Positions 17,519-25,247 of a stretch of 32,000 nucleotides of DNA are shown here, in pieces. The translations under genes and the position numbers were made by a program. Source of the DNA: an uncultured Opitutales bacterium (GTDB lineage Bacteria; Verrucomicrobiota; Verrucomicrobiia; Opitutales; Intestinicryptomonadaceae); assembly GCA_934660865.1 (NCBI GenBank), contig CAKUIA010000010.1:61168-93167 (forward strand), read 5' to 3'. How positions within the stretch are numbered: position 1 is the first letter of the stretch; each line of letters begins with the position of its first letter. The notes beneath the pieces were generated by a model, which saw nothing but the letters and a program-made list of their open reading frames with translations, was not told the DNA's origin and searched no databases.

Positions 17519-18465
17519 TATTTGTTCAACTCCTTTAATTCGTTTATCAAATCAATAAAATCCTGCGGTTCTTTTGCCTGAAGCTCCAAATGCCTGCCCT
17601 CTATTACGGGGTGGTCGAATGATATTTTTTTTGCGTGCAGCATAACCCTTTTCGGGGGTGTAAGCTCTTTGAATTTGTTTTTTTGGAAAGAGTAGGTGTA
17701 ATCGCCCATAATGGGGTAGCCCATATCGGTCATGTGCACCCTGATTTGGTGGGTGCGCCCCGTGTGTATGCGGCAGCGCACAAGGGCGGCCATATTGCCG
17801 AAGCTTTGCTCTACAACCCAGTCGGTGTGCGCGTCTCTGCCCGATTTGGCGTCGCATACGCACATTTTTGTCTTAAATGCGGGGTGCCTGCCTATGGGCT
17901 TTTTTATAGTTCCGCTGCGCACGGTGGGCACTCCCGAAATTATCGCCAAATACTCTTTTTTTACCTGCCTGTTCGAAAACATTTCCACAAGCCTAAAATA
18001 TGCTTCGTCGGTTTTTGCCAAGATCATAATGCCCGAAGTTTCCTTGTCGAGCCTGTGCACAATTCCCGGTCGCATTGCGCCGCCTGCGCGGCTTAGGTTG
18101 CCCTTTGTGTAGAACTGCATTGCGTGTACCAATGTATCGTTGCCCGTTCCGCTGCCGGGGTGCACAACCATATAGGGGGGCTTGTTTACAACAACAATAT
18201 GCTCGTCTTCGTAGACGATTTCTACGGGAATGTCTACCCCCTCTATTTCGGTGGAGGGCGGAGGCGGAAGCTCTACTAAAACTTCGTCGTTGGGGTTTAA
18301 TATAAACTTTTTGGGTATGGGTTTGCCGTCGAAAAGCACCTTGTTTTCGTCGAACTGCCTTTCGAGCTTTGTCCTTGAAGTTTGCTGCTTAAAATATTCC
18401 GCCAACGCCTTGTCGGCGCGCGCGGGGGCGGCGTCTTCGGGGTGTATGTAAACGGTTTTGTCCAT
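17518..18465 (-). CDS. rluD: RluA-family 23S rRNA pseudouridine synthase (RluD-like)
   Basis: N-terminal S4-like region, 'VVNKP..MVVHPG', catalytic 'HRLDKETSGIMILAK', 'Y.A...G' and 'TGRTHQIRVHM'. One-nt TAATG overlaps on both sides. Confidence 0.85.
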   Translation of the reverse strand: MDKTVYIHPEDAAPARADKALAEYFKQQTSRTKLERQFDENKVLFDGKPIPKKFILNPNDEVLVELPPPPSTEIEGVDIPVEIVYEDEHIVVVNKPPYMVVHPGSGTGNDTLVHAMQFYTKGNLSRAGGAMRPGIVHRLDKETSGIMILAKTDEAYFRLVEMFSNRQVKKEYLAIISGVPTVRSGTIKKPIGRHPAFKTKMCVCDAKSGRDAHTDWVVEQSFGNMAALVRCRIHTGRTHQIRVHMTDMGYPIMGDYTYSFQKNKFKELTPPKRVMLHAKKISFDHPVIEGRHLELQAKEPQDFIDLINELKELNK

Positions 18466-19577
18466 TATCTTTTAAGCAAAGAGTCGGGGTTTAAGCCCAA
18501 AAGGCTCTTTTCGACAAAAAGGCCGTTTTTGCGTATAAGTTTGTCGTCGAAATATATTTCGCCGCCGCCGTATTCGGGCGTTTGTATGCAAACTAAATCC
18601 CAGTGAATTTTAGAGCGGTTGCCGTTGTCGGCCTCTTCGTAGGCCTGGCCGGGGGTAAAGTGGAACGACCCCGAAATCTTTTCGTCGAAAAGAATGTCGA
18701 GCATTGGCTTTTTTATGTAGGGGTTAACTCCCAGCGCAAATTCGCCCACATAAGAGGCTCCCTCGTCGCACGAGAAAATAGAGTTTAGCTTTTTGTTGTC
18801 GCCCGAGCATGTTGCCTTTACTATTTTGCCGTTTTTAAAGGTAAGGCAAACGTTTTCGAACGAAGTTCCCTGATATATGGAGGGGGCCGTGTAAAAAACC
18901 GTTCCGTTTACGCTGTCTTTTACGGGGGCCGTATACACCTCGCCGTCGGGAATGTTGTACTGGCCGCCGCATGGAATTGCGGGAATGTTTTTTATCGAAA
19001 AGCTCAAGTCGGTATTTTTGCCCGTAATCCTGACCTTGTCGGTTTTTTCCATAAGTTTTTTCAATGCCTGCATTGGCTTGTCGAACTTGGAATAGTCGAA
19101 TGTGCAAACCTTAAAATAAAAGTCGGCAAACTGCTCGGTAGACATTCTTGCCTGCTGTGCCATTGCGGGGGTGGGCCAGCGCAATACAACCCACTTTGTT
19201 TTCGAAACGCGCCAGTCGCAAACCGCCTTTAATGCCGACTGCACTTTCGACATTTGCCTGGGGCTAATAAGCGAGCTTTCGTAGATATTGTTCGAGCCCC
19301 TTATCGCAATGTAGGCCTGCATGTTTTTCATTCTGAACATTTCGAATGCGCTGCGAGCCTTAAGCTCTTCGTCGGAGGCTTGCGCGTTTAATTCGGCGTT
19401 TATGCGCTCGTCGTTTATGTTTACAAACGCGTTTGCCTTGCGGCGGCGAACCTCTTTTATAAGAGCCTTCACCATTTCCGGCGGTGTTTCGAACATATCC
19501 AAAAGGACGTTTTCGCCCTTTTTCAGATTAACCGAATGCCCGCAAAGTGTCTTTGCCAAATCTTCGTATTCGCCCAT
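18465..19577 (-). CDS. M29-family aminopeptidase (AmpS/PepS/aminopeptidase T-like)
   Basis: 370 aa. 'NIPDGEVYTAP', 'GEFALGVNP', 'DEKISGSFHFTPGQAY' and 'S.IHWDLV' are typical M29 motifs. Confidence 0.85.
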   Translation of the reverse strand: MGEYEDLAKTLCGHSVNLKKGENVLLDMFETPPEMVKALIKEVRRRKANAFVNINDERINAELNAQASDEELKARSAFEMFRMKNMQAYIAIRGSNNIYESSLISPRQMSKVQSALKAVCDWRVSKTKWVVLRWPTPAMAQQARMSTEQFADFYFKVCTFDYSKFDKPMQALKKLMEKTDKVRITGKNTDLSFSIKNIPAIPCGGQYNIPDGEVYTAPVKDSVNGTVFYTAPSIYQGTSFENVCLTFKNGKIVKATCSGDNKKLNSIFSCDEGASYVGEFALGVNPYIKKPMLDILFDEKISGSFHFTPGQAYEEADNGNRSKIHWDLVCIQTPEYGGGEIYFDDKLIRKNGLFVEKSLLGLNPDSLLKR

Positions 19578-19584
19578 AATGCGC

Positions 19585-20412
19585 CTAAAGTTTTTTCAAG
19601 TTAAACGTTGTGTTTGCTTCTTTGCCCAAATTTTCGGGCTTAAAAATATTATCGTCCAGATTTTCGTTTAAAGCCGCCCTTATTATCGAAAACTTGTCGC
19701 GGTCGCGCGAAATCTCGTCGCGTATTTCGGCGTTTTTCATAATCCAATAGTCGCCTATTTTCTTTACCGAGCCGAGTGTAAAGCTGCGCTGGACAATGCC
19801 GCTTTCGTCTAAAATTTGCGTTAAAACGGGGTGGTTAAATTCGCGGCTAAGCGCAATTTTTACGTCGGGCAAAACTCCCTTTTTGGGGCTTTTTGCAAGG
19901 AATAGATACGCCGCCTGCCCGATTCTTACGGGTTCGATATACTCGCCCTCCCAAAACTTATACGGGGTAAGTATGTCGAAATATGTATAGATAAGGCCGC
20001 TTTTTATGGGGCTGTTAAGCGCGCTTTCGGGTATTTTTGCAAGGGCATTGTCTGCAAACTTGTATGCGCAAATGTTGTTGGCGTTGTCTCTTAAAAAAAG
20101 GTAGTCGCACGTTTTGCCGCCGCCTTTTAGCGTAAGCCTTATAAGCGTTTGGCCCGAAAATTCCCTGCCGTACATGGTGCCGAAATATTCCATTTCTTCG
20201 GCCTGGCGGGGGTAGTGCGTAAGCTTAAAGTCGAAAACAAAGGTTTTTGCCTGAACCGACTGCGAAAATGTTGCCCACCTTTGCGCCGCGCTTTCGGCCG
20301 AAATTTTTTGCACTTTCGGGTTAAGCGAAGCCGACGGCAACGCTTCAAGCGCCTGTGTGCAGACAAAAATGAGCGTCAAAAAGACGCCCACAAGATGTCG
20401 AAAATTTTTCAT
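19585..20412 (-). CDS. Exported LolA-like / outer-membrane lipoprotein-sorting-like protein
   Basis: Signal-like N-terminus 'LVGVFLTLIFVCTQALEA'. The C-terminal half ('YLFLAKSPKKG...', 'ILDESGIVQRSF.L.SVKKIGDYWIMKNAEIRD...D.F') follows the LolA_like domain pattern as I recall it. Moderate certainty only. Confidence 0.45.
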   Translation of the reverse strand: MKNFRHLVGVFLTLIFVCTQALEALPSASLNPKVQKISAESAAQRWATFSQSVQAKTFVFDFKLTHYPRQAEEMEYFGTMYGREFSGQTLIRLTLKGGGKTCDYLFLRDNANNICAYKFADNALAKIPESALNSPIKSGLIYTYFDILTPYKFWEGEYIEPVRIGQAAYLFLAKSPKKGVLPDVKIALSREFNHPVLTQILDESGIVQRSFTLGSVKKIGDYWIMKNAEIRDEISRDRDKFSIIRAALNENLDDNIFKPENLGKEANTTFNLKKL

Positions 20413-20421
20413 AAAAAATTT

Positions 20422-20829
20422 TTATTTTTTTGGCGCCTCTTTTGCGGGAGCTTGTGGCTTTGCCGCATTTTGCGTGTCTGCCTTGTTTTCGACAGGGGCG
20501 GTTTTAGGCATTGCGGGCACTGCCGGCTGCGTTTGCGTTACGGCCTCAAGCGTGGGGGCTTTAACCTGGGTTGGCGTTGCGCTGGAGGCATATATGTAGC
20601 CCAAATACAGGCACAAGCCCAAAATGAAGTACCAAACAATGCACTTTACAGTTACTTTTGTTAAGATGTTCGACGTTTCGCCGCCGAAAGCCGATTCTGC
20701 CGCGCCGCCGCCGAGGCTTGCGCCCATACCCGCGTCGGCATTGGGCCTTTGCATAAGTATTACAAATACAACGAATATGCAAAGAAGCACCATTATAAAA
20801 GAGAATATTCCTAAAAGTATAGCTGCCAT
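20422..20829 (-). CDS. secG: Preprotein translocase subunit SecG with low-complexity C-terminal tail
   Basis: 'VVFVILMQRPNADAGMGASLGGGAAESAFGG' plus a second TM is the classic SecG core. About 55 extra Ala/Pro/Thr/Gln/Lys-rich residues follow. Confidence 0.8.
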   Translation of the reverse strand: MAAILLGIFSFIMVLLCIFVVFVILMQRPNADAGMGASLGGGAAESAFGGETSNILTKVTVKCIVWYFILGLCLYLGYIYASSATPTQVKAPTLEAVTQTQPAVPAMPKTAPVENKADTQNAAKPQAPAKEAPKK

Positions 20830-20835
20830 ATTTAT

Positions 20836-20866
20836 ATTATATAGTTATCTGTTCAATACAATACAA
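20836..20866 (-). promoter_or_regulatory. Candidate sigma70-like promoter for the secG-led minus-strand gene run
   Basis: On the minus strand, TTGTAT (20866-20861) is followed either by N17 and TATATA (20843-20838) or by N19 and a perfect TATAAT (20841-20836). The -10 lies only 6-8 nt before the secG ATG (20829). Confidence 0.35.
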
Positions 20867-20887
20867 GTTTTGCACGATAGGCAACAT

Positions 20888-22354
20888 TTATTTTTCAAAA
20901 TTCGCATCGGAAACAACCGCGCTTTCGGGCGGCACAACAAGCCTGTTTAGCCCCAGCGGATTCGGATATTGCGAAAGCATTGCGCTGAAATCCGAATCGC
21001 GGGCTTTGCCGAAGAAATTTTGCCTGCACAAAAACCCGGTTTTTGCCAGGCGCCCCGCGTATGCGCCGCCGCCTGAAAGCCTTTTTATGTCGGCTAAAAC
21101 CTGGCGCAAAAGCCCGTTTGTAGAGGGCACTTCGTTGTCGGTGCAAATGTATGCGTTTATCGTTTTGTACAAAGGCGATTTTTCGGAAAGCTCAAGCCAA
21201 AGGGCGTTGTCGGAAAGGAACAATTCGTCGCCTTTGTCCAAAACTTTTAGCGCGCAGGCCAATATGTCTTTGCCGTTTAAGGCAATGGCGGCGTCCGTCA
21301 ACGCCCTGGCGCACAGCGCATATTCGTTTGCCCCCGCAAAAGTTTTGCTGTCGAAATTTGTCTTAAGCGAATTAAACTGGCATTTTTGCGAAAGATTGCG
21401 GCATATTGCCCTTGCAAAATTTGCGTATTTTTCGCCGCCGCCAAGCTTATATGCCGTTGCCTGCACGCTTAATGCCAGCGCATTTTCGGCCACAAGGTTT
21501 TTGCTTTCGGGCGGGGTAAATACACCGTTTTCGTCTATAAAGGCCGAGCACTTTTCGGCAAAGCGCATGAATATGTCGCGCGCCTGCCGCGAGTCGAACA
21601 ATATGGCAAATTCGCCTATTGCAAGGGCGTATTGCGCGTGTTCTATAAAGTTTTCGCTTTTCAACACAAAACCGTTTAGCAGCTGCGATTTTGCAAGAAG
21701 CGCACTTTGCGCGCAAAAGGGGTTGTTTGCGTCGAAAAACGCCGTTCTAAACGACACTTTTTCCGCGTTCGCCAAAAGCGCGGCTTTGTGTTTGGTGTTT
21801 GCCTGCCCCGACATAAAGAACGAGAACAGTGCGCCGCCGTCGTCCTTAAACGGGCCAAGCTGCGTGAAATTTCTGTCGAAAAACACCCTTTTGGGAAGCT
21901 TGTCGAAATGCTTTTTGTTTGTTTTGTAGGCGTTTAGCGCGCCCGAAAGAGCCGTCTTTAGCGAGGGGGCAAAGAAAGTGTCGTAGCCGCCCAAATGGCC
22001 GCTTAAAAATACGGGAAGCATTTTGGGTGTTAAAACGCCGTATGCCAGTTTGCCGTTTAGCCCGCCGTTTTTTGCGGCGCATTGCAATGCCCTATAGTCG
22101 GCGCCAAATTCGTCTATTTTTGCCGACACAAAGTTTTCGGATATTATTTGCCTTGCGGTATTGTCTATATTGCCGATGTTTTCGGTATGGAAAAATACGG
22201 GCATATCCCTTTCATTTGCCGCGGCGAAATTGCCCCAGTTTGCCGAATTTGCCCCGTCTATAGTTTCGGGTTTTTTGCCCAGCACGGCCTTTAGCGCAAA
22301 AAATACGCTAAGAACCGCAAAACCGGCCGCCAAGAATTTTCTTAAAAAACCCAT
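20888..22354 (-). CDS. Exported DUF255/YyaL-like protein (degenerate thioredoxin-like N-domain + alpha-helical domain)
   Basis: Signal-like 'FLAAGFAVLSVFFALKAVLG'. 'MPVFFH...ENFVSAKIDEFGADYRAL......G......GVLTP...PVF' parallels the DUF255 pattern 'KPIFLSIGYSTCHWCHVM...NENFV.IKVDREERPDID..Y', but the CxxC segment is missing. The function call is weak; the CDS call is stronger. Confidence 0.4.
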   Translation of the reverse strand: MGFLRKFLAAGFAVLSVFFALKAVLGKKPETIDGANSANWGNFAAANERDMPVFFHTENIGNIDNTARQIISENFVSAKIDEFGADYRALQCAAKNGGLNGKLAYGVLTPKMLPVFLSGHLGGYDTFFAPSLKTALSGALNAYKTNKKHFDKLPKRVFFDRNFTQLGPFKDDGGALFSFFMSGQANTKHKAALLANAEKVSFRTAFFDANNPFCAQSALLAKSQLLNGFVLKSENFIEHAQYALAIGEFAILFDSRQARDIFMRFAEKCSAFIDENGVFTPPESKNLVAENALALSVQATAYKLGGGEKYANFARAICRNLSQKCQFNSLKTNFDSKTFAGANEYALCARALTDAAIALNGKDILACALKVLDKGDELFLSDNALWLELSEKSPLYKTINAYICTDNEVPSTNGLLRQVLADIKRLSGGGAYAGRLAKTGFLCRQNFFGKARDSDFSAMLSQYPNPLGLNRLVVPPESAVVSDANFEK

Positions 22355-22437
22355 ACTTGCTAAGACACTTGATTCGCGTATTTGTGCCCGACTTTTTTAG
22401 ATTGCTTGACTTGCCAGTTTTTTTCGGGGAAATTCGT

Positions 22438-23826
22438 ATGTATATGAATTTTATATTGTCGGCTTTGGGAAGAATTTTTGCGATAACGCCCGATTTTATA
22501 TTGAGGGGCTTGTGCCTGTTTTCGGCGGAATTTATTTGTGTGTTTATGCCGCGCCGCAAACGCGTTTTGTATTCGAACATAAAAAAGTGCTTCCCGCACA
22601 TACCGTTTAAAAAGGTAAGGGCAATAGCAAAAGAGTCGTCGGCAAGAACGGTTGAAATGGCGCTGTTTGTTTTGGCGAGCCCGTATTTGTCGGACAGCGA
22701 GCTGCGCAAAAGGTTTAAGCTTTCGGATATGGTTGTGCAAAACCTGAAAAGATATGCCGAAAATCCGAAGCCGCTTGTTTTGCTAGTTCCGCATTTTTGC
22801 ATGATGGAGGCCATTACAATGCTGCCCGTTTTGCACGACGGCAAAACCCCTAAAACGGGGGTGTTTTACCGCCCATTTAATTCTGCGGGGCTGGAAAAAT
22901 GGATTAAAAAAAGCCGCTCGCGCTTCGGCATAAATTTGATTTCGCGTCGAAACGGATTCGGCAGGGCGTTCGAAATTTTGGGCGAAAACGGCTGCATGGC
23001 GGTGCTGTTCGACCAAAACCCGCTAACTGCGGGGTATCTTACCTGGTTTTTCGACATGGTTTGCTATACCTCGCATTTGGCGGGTATGCTGGTTAAAAAA
23101 AGCAATGCCGACTGCGCCGTGTTTTACGCGCGGCGCACGGGCTTTTGGCGGGCAACCATAGACGGCGAGTTTTTAAACGCAACCGAGGTGGAAGACGTTG
23201 TAAAAGAATCGAATCTATGGCTGCAGTTGCACATGAAGGCCGACTTGAGCACCGCCGAAGACTGGCTTTGGCTGCACAATAGATGGAAGTGCAAGCGCAA
23301 CATAGGCGAATGTCTGAACCTAAAACACTCTAAAGACTTGCTGGACTATACGTTGCCCGAAAAATTCAACGGGGTGTATCCGCGCAAGCTAAAATATTTT
23401 ATAACAATGCCCGACAGCGCAAGCGATGCAACAGCCCTTTTGCCGCTTGTCGAAAAAATGTACAATTCACGCCGAGACGCCGACATTGTTCTTTTGTGCC
23501 GAAAGGGCGTATATTACTCCTTAAAAGACGCAAAAATAGAATTCGACCTGATTAAAATGCCCGAAAAGCGCGGCGGCATTTTAAGGTATTACAAGGGGCT
23601 TATCGCCCTGCGCGACACATTCCCCGACGTGCATTTTGTATTCGATACAAGCGGCAAAAGCGATTTCGAAACATGGCTGATAGGGGCGTTTGTTACTGTT
23701 GGAATATCCGAAACGGGAAAGAACAAAAAGCTAAAGTGCCCCTTTGTTTTAAAAGAGGGCGACCGCGATTTGCCTTTGTACGGCAAGATAGAAAAAATGC
23801 TTTTGTTTTGCGGCCTAAAAGAATAG
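22438..23826 (+). CDS. Fusion protein: LpxL/HtrB-type lipid A (Kdo2-lipid IVA) acyltransferase domain + N-terminal-half-like domain of glycosyltransferase family 9
   Basis: The acyltransferase part has the 'HFCMME' H(x)4E motif (about 22792-22809), 'AVLFDQN', and the family-typical ending 'EDWLWLHNRWK'. From about 23383 on, the sequence 'KYFITMPDSASDATALLPLVEKMYNSRRDADIVLLC...', 'DVHFVFDTSGKSDFETWLIGA' resembles the first Rossmann half of heptosyltransferase-type GT9 enzymes. Start uncertain: 22357 (track), 22438 or 22444. Confidence 0.6.
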   Translation: MYMNFILSALGRIFAITPDFILRGLCLFSAEFICVFMPRRKRVLYSNIKKCFPHIPFKKVRAIAKESSARTVEMALFVLASPYLSDSELRKRFKLSDMVVQNLKRYAENPKPLVLLVPHFCMMEAITMLPVLHDGKTPKTGVFYRPFNSAGLEKWIKKSRSRFGINLISRRNGFGRAFEILGENGCMAVLFDQNPLTAGYLTWFFDMVCYTSHLAGMLVKKSNADCAVFYARRTGFWRATIDGEFLNATEVEDVVKESNLWLQLHMKADLSTAEDWLWLHNRWKCKRNIGECLNLKHSKDLLDYTLPEKFNGVYPRKLKYFITMPDSASDATALLPLVEKMYNSRRDADIVLLCRKGVYYSLKDAKIEFDLIKMPEKRGGILRYYKGLIALRDTFPDVHFVFDTSGKSDFETWLIGAFVTVGISETGKNKKLKCPFVLKEGDRDLPLYGKIEKMLLFCGLKE

Positions 23827-23862
23827 CGGCGCTTTTTGTATAAGGCAAAAAATCGGTAAAAC

Positions 23863-23897
23863 AAAAAAGCCCTTTCCAAAGCGGGAAGGGCTTTTTG
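23863..23897. terminator. Bidirectional intrinsic terminator between convergent genes
   Basis: A6-GCCCTTTCC-AAAGC-GGGAAGGGC-T5. The 9-bp stem runs 23869-23877 / 23883-23891 with one G-U pair and a 5-nt loop. An A-run lies on the left and a T-run on the right, so it reads as hairpin plus U-tract on both strands. Confidence 0.7.
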
Positions 23898-23916
23898 TAT
23901 TTTGCGTATTTGCAGC

Positions 23917-25212
23917 CTACGCCTTTGCGCCTACTTTGTCTTTTAGCGCCTTTGCCGCAGTAAGAACAAGCGTTGTAAGGTTTGCGCCGTATTCGAACGG
24001 GGCCGAAAGCTTGCCTTTGCCGCAGATTGCGTTAAGCCAGTTAAGGTGGTGGTTGTCTTTTTCTATCTTTTCGCCGAATTCGCTATTAAGCTCGTCGGCG
24101 TATTTTTTGCCGAATTTGCGCGGCAACAACACGGGCTTGCCGCCCAAGTGCATTGCGGGCGAATACAGCACGCCCCTTGTGCCTATAATAAGCTGGCCGT
24201 CGCCGCAAAGGCGGTTAAAGGGCAAGTCTATGTCGTCGGGTATTATCGGCAGCAGGTCTTTTTGTATTTGCTCGTAGTATTTTTCGCCGGGCTTTACGTT
24301 CTTAAAGCCGGCGTACCAGTCTATCTGAACGGGGCTGTTTTTCTGGAATTTGCTGTTTGCGAACATTCTTATATGGTCGCACATGGGAATGGAAATTTCG
24401 TTGCCGCCAACCTGGTTTACGCAAATTGCGCTAAAGGGGCCTTCAAGCTCCAAAGCGTAGAATGGTATGTCGAGTATGTGCGACGAAATGTCGCCTATAG
24501 CTCCGTTCGAAAAACGCCAAAACGGCCTCCAAAACTGGTCTACATATTTATGGTTGTAGGGTATGTATTCGGCGTTTTCGCCGAGCCAGCCCTTCCAGTC
24601 TAGCCCCTGCGGTATGGGTTCTTCGGGATAGTAGCTTTGCATTGCGCAGCCCGCCCACGATTTAGACCTTATTGCGATAACCCTTTTTATGTCGCCTAAA
24701 ATGCCCTTGCGTATTACGTGCGAGCAAATTCTGATGCCGCGTCTGGAGTGCGACTGTATGCCTAGCTGCAGGCAAAGATTGGGATTTTCGGCTCCAAGCT
24801 GTTTTAGGGCCTTTACTTCGTCTAAAACGCGGCACATCGGCTTTTCGAGGTAGACGTGCTTTTTTTGCGATATGGCGTATTTTGCTATGGGGAAATGCTG
24901 GTGGTCGGGCGTGGAGATTACAACGCCGTCTATCTTGTCGCCCATTTTGGCGAACATTTCCCTATACGATGTAAAAAACGGGATTTTCTGCGCCGATTCT
25001 ATTTTTGCCGTAACTGCGGGGTTGATGTCGCAAACGGCGACAATGTTGCAGGGCAGCTGGCTGAATATATTGTAGTTTACCTTGCCTATAACGCCCAAGC
25101 CTATAAGCGCAATGTTTGGCTTGTTTTGCGCCTGCGCAAACGCCTTGTACGACATTGCCGCCATTGCCGAAAACGCAGTTGTTTTTATGAAGTTTCTCCT
25201 GTTTATTTCCAT
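23917..25212 (-). CDS. TAT-exported Gfo/Idh/MocA-family NAD(P)-dependent oxidoreductase (possibly an NAD-dependent glycosidase-like enzyme)
   Basis: Twin-arginine signal 'MEINRRNFIKTTAFSAMAAMSYKAFAQ'. Rossmann 'IALIGLGVIGK', 'VVISTPDHQHFPIAKYAISQKKHVYLEKPM'. The GH109-like suggestion is inference from fold plus export only. Confidence 0.8.
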   Translation of the reverse strand: MEINRRNFIKTTAFSAMAAMSYKAFAQAQNKPNIALIGLGVIGKVNYNIFSQLPCNIVAVCDINPAVTAKIESAQKIPFFTSYREMFAKMGDKIDGVVISTPDHQHFPIAKYAISQKKHVYLEKPMCRVLDEVKALKQLGAENPNLCLQLGIQSHSRRGIRICSHVIRKGILGDIKRVIAIRSKSWAGCAMQSYYPEEPIPQGLDWKGWLGENAEYIPYNHKYVDQFWRPFWRFSNGAIGDISSHILDIPFYALELEGPFSAICVNQVGGNEISIPMCDHIRMFANSKFQKNSPVQIDWYAGFKNVKPGEKYYEQIQKDLLPIIPDDIDLPFNRLCGDGQLIIGTRGVLYSPAMHLGGKPVLLPRKFGKKYADELNSEFGEKIEKDNHHLNWLNAICGKGKLSAPFEYGANLTTLVLTAAKALKDKVGAKA

Positions 25213-25222
25213 TTTTTCTGTT

Positions 25223-25228
25223 CCTCCT
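25223..25228 (-). promoter_or_regulatory. Shine-Dalgarno-like site (AGGAGG) for the Gfo/Idh/MocA gene
   Basis: Minus strand reads TAGGAGGAACAGAAAAA-ATG. AGGAGG lies 10 nt upstream of the start at 25212. Confidence 0.5.
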
Positions 25229-25247
25229 AAAAAATGCCTGTTGCCTA

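Noticed and set aside
21006-21929. 307-aa plus-strand ORF
   Set aside because: It is antisense to the 488-aa minus-strand gene, which has a signal peptide and domain-like sequence. The plus ORF is Ser/Ala/Phe-rich low complexity, typical of an open antisense frame caused by codon bias.
22357-22437. The track start codon (22357) for the LpxL-fusion gene
   Set aside because: It would leave a 2-nt divergent intergenic region and add 27 non-conserved residues. ATG 22438 or 22444, preceded by TTGACT-N17-GAAATT at 22406-22434, fits better. The longer form cannot be excluded.
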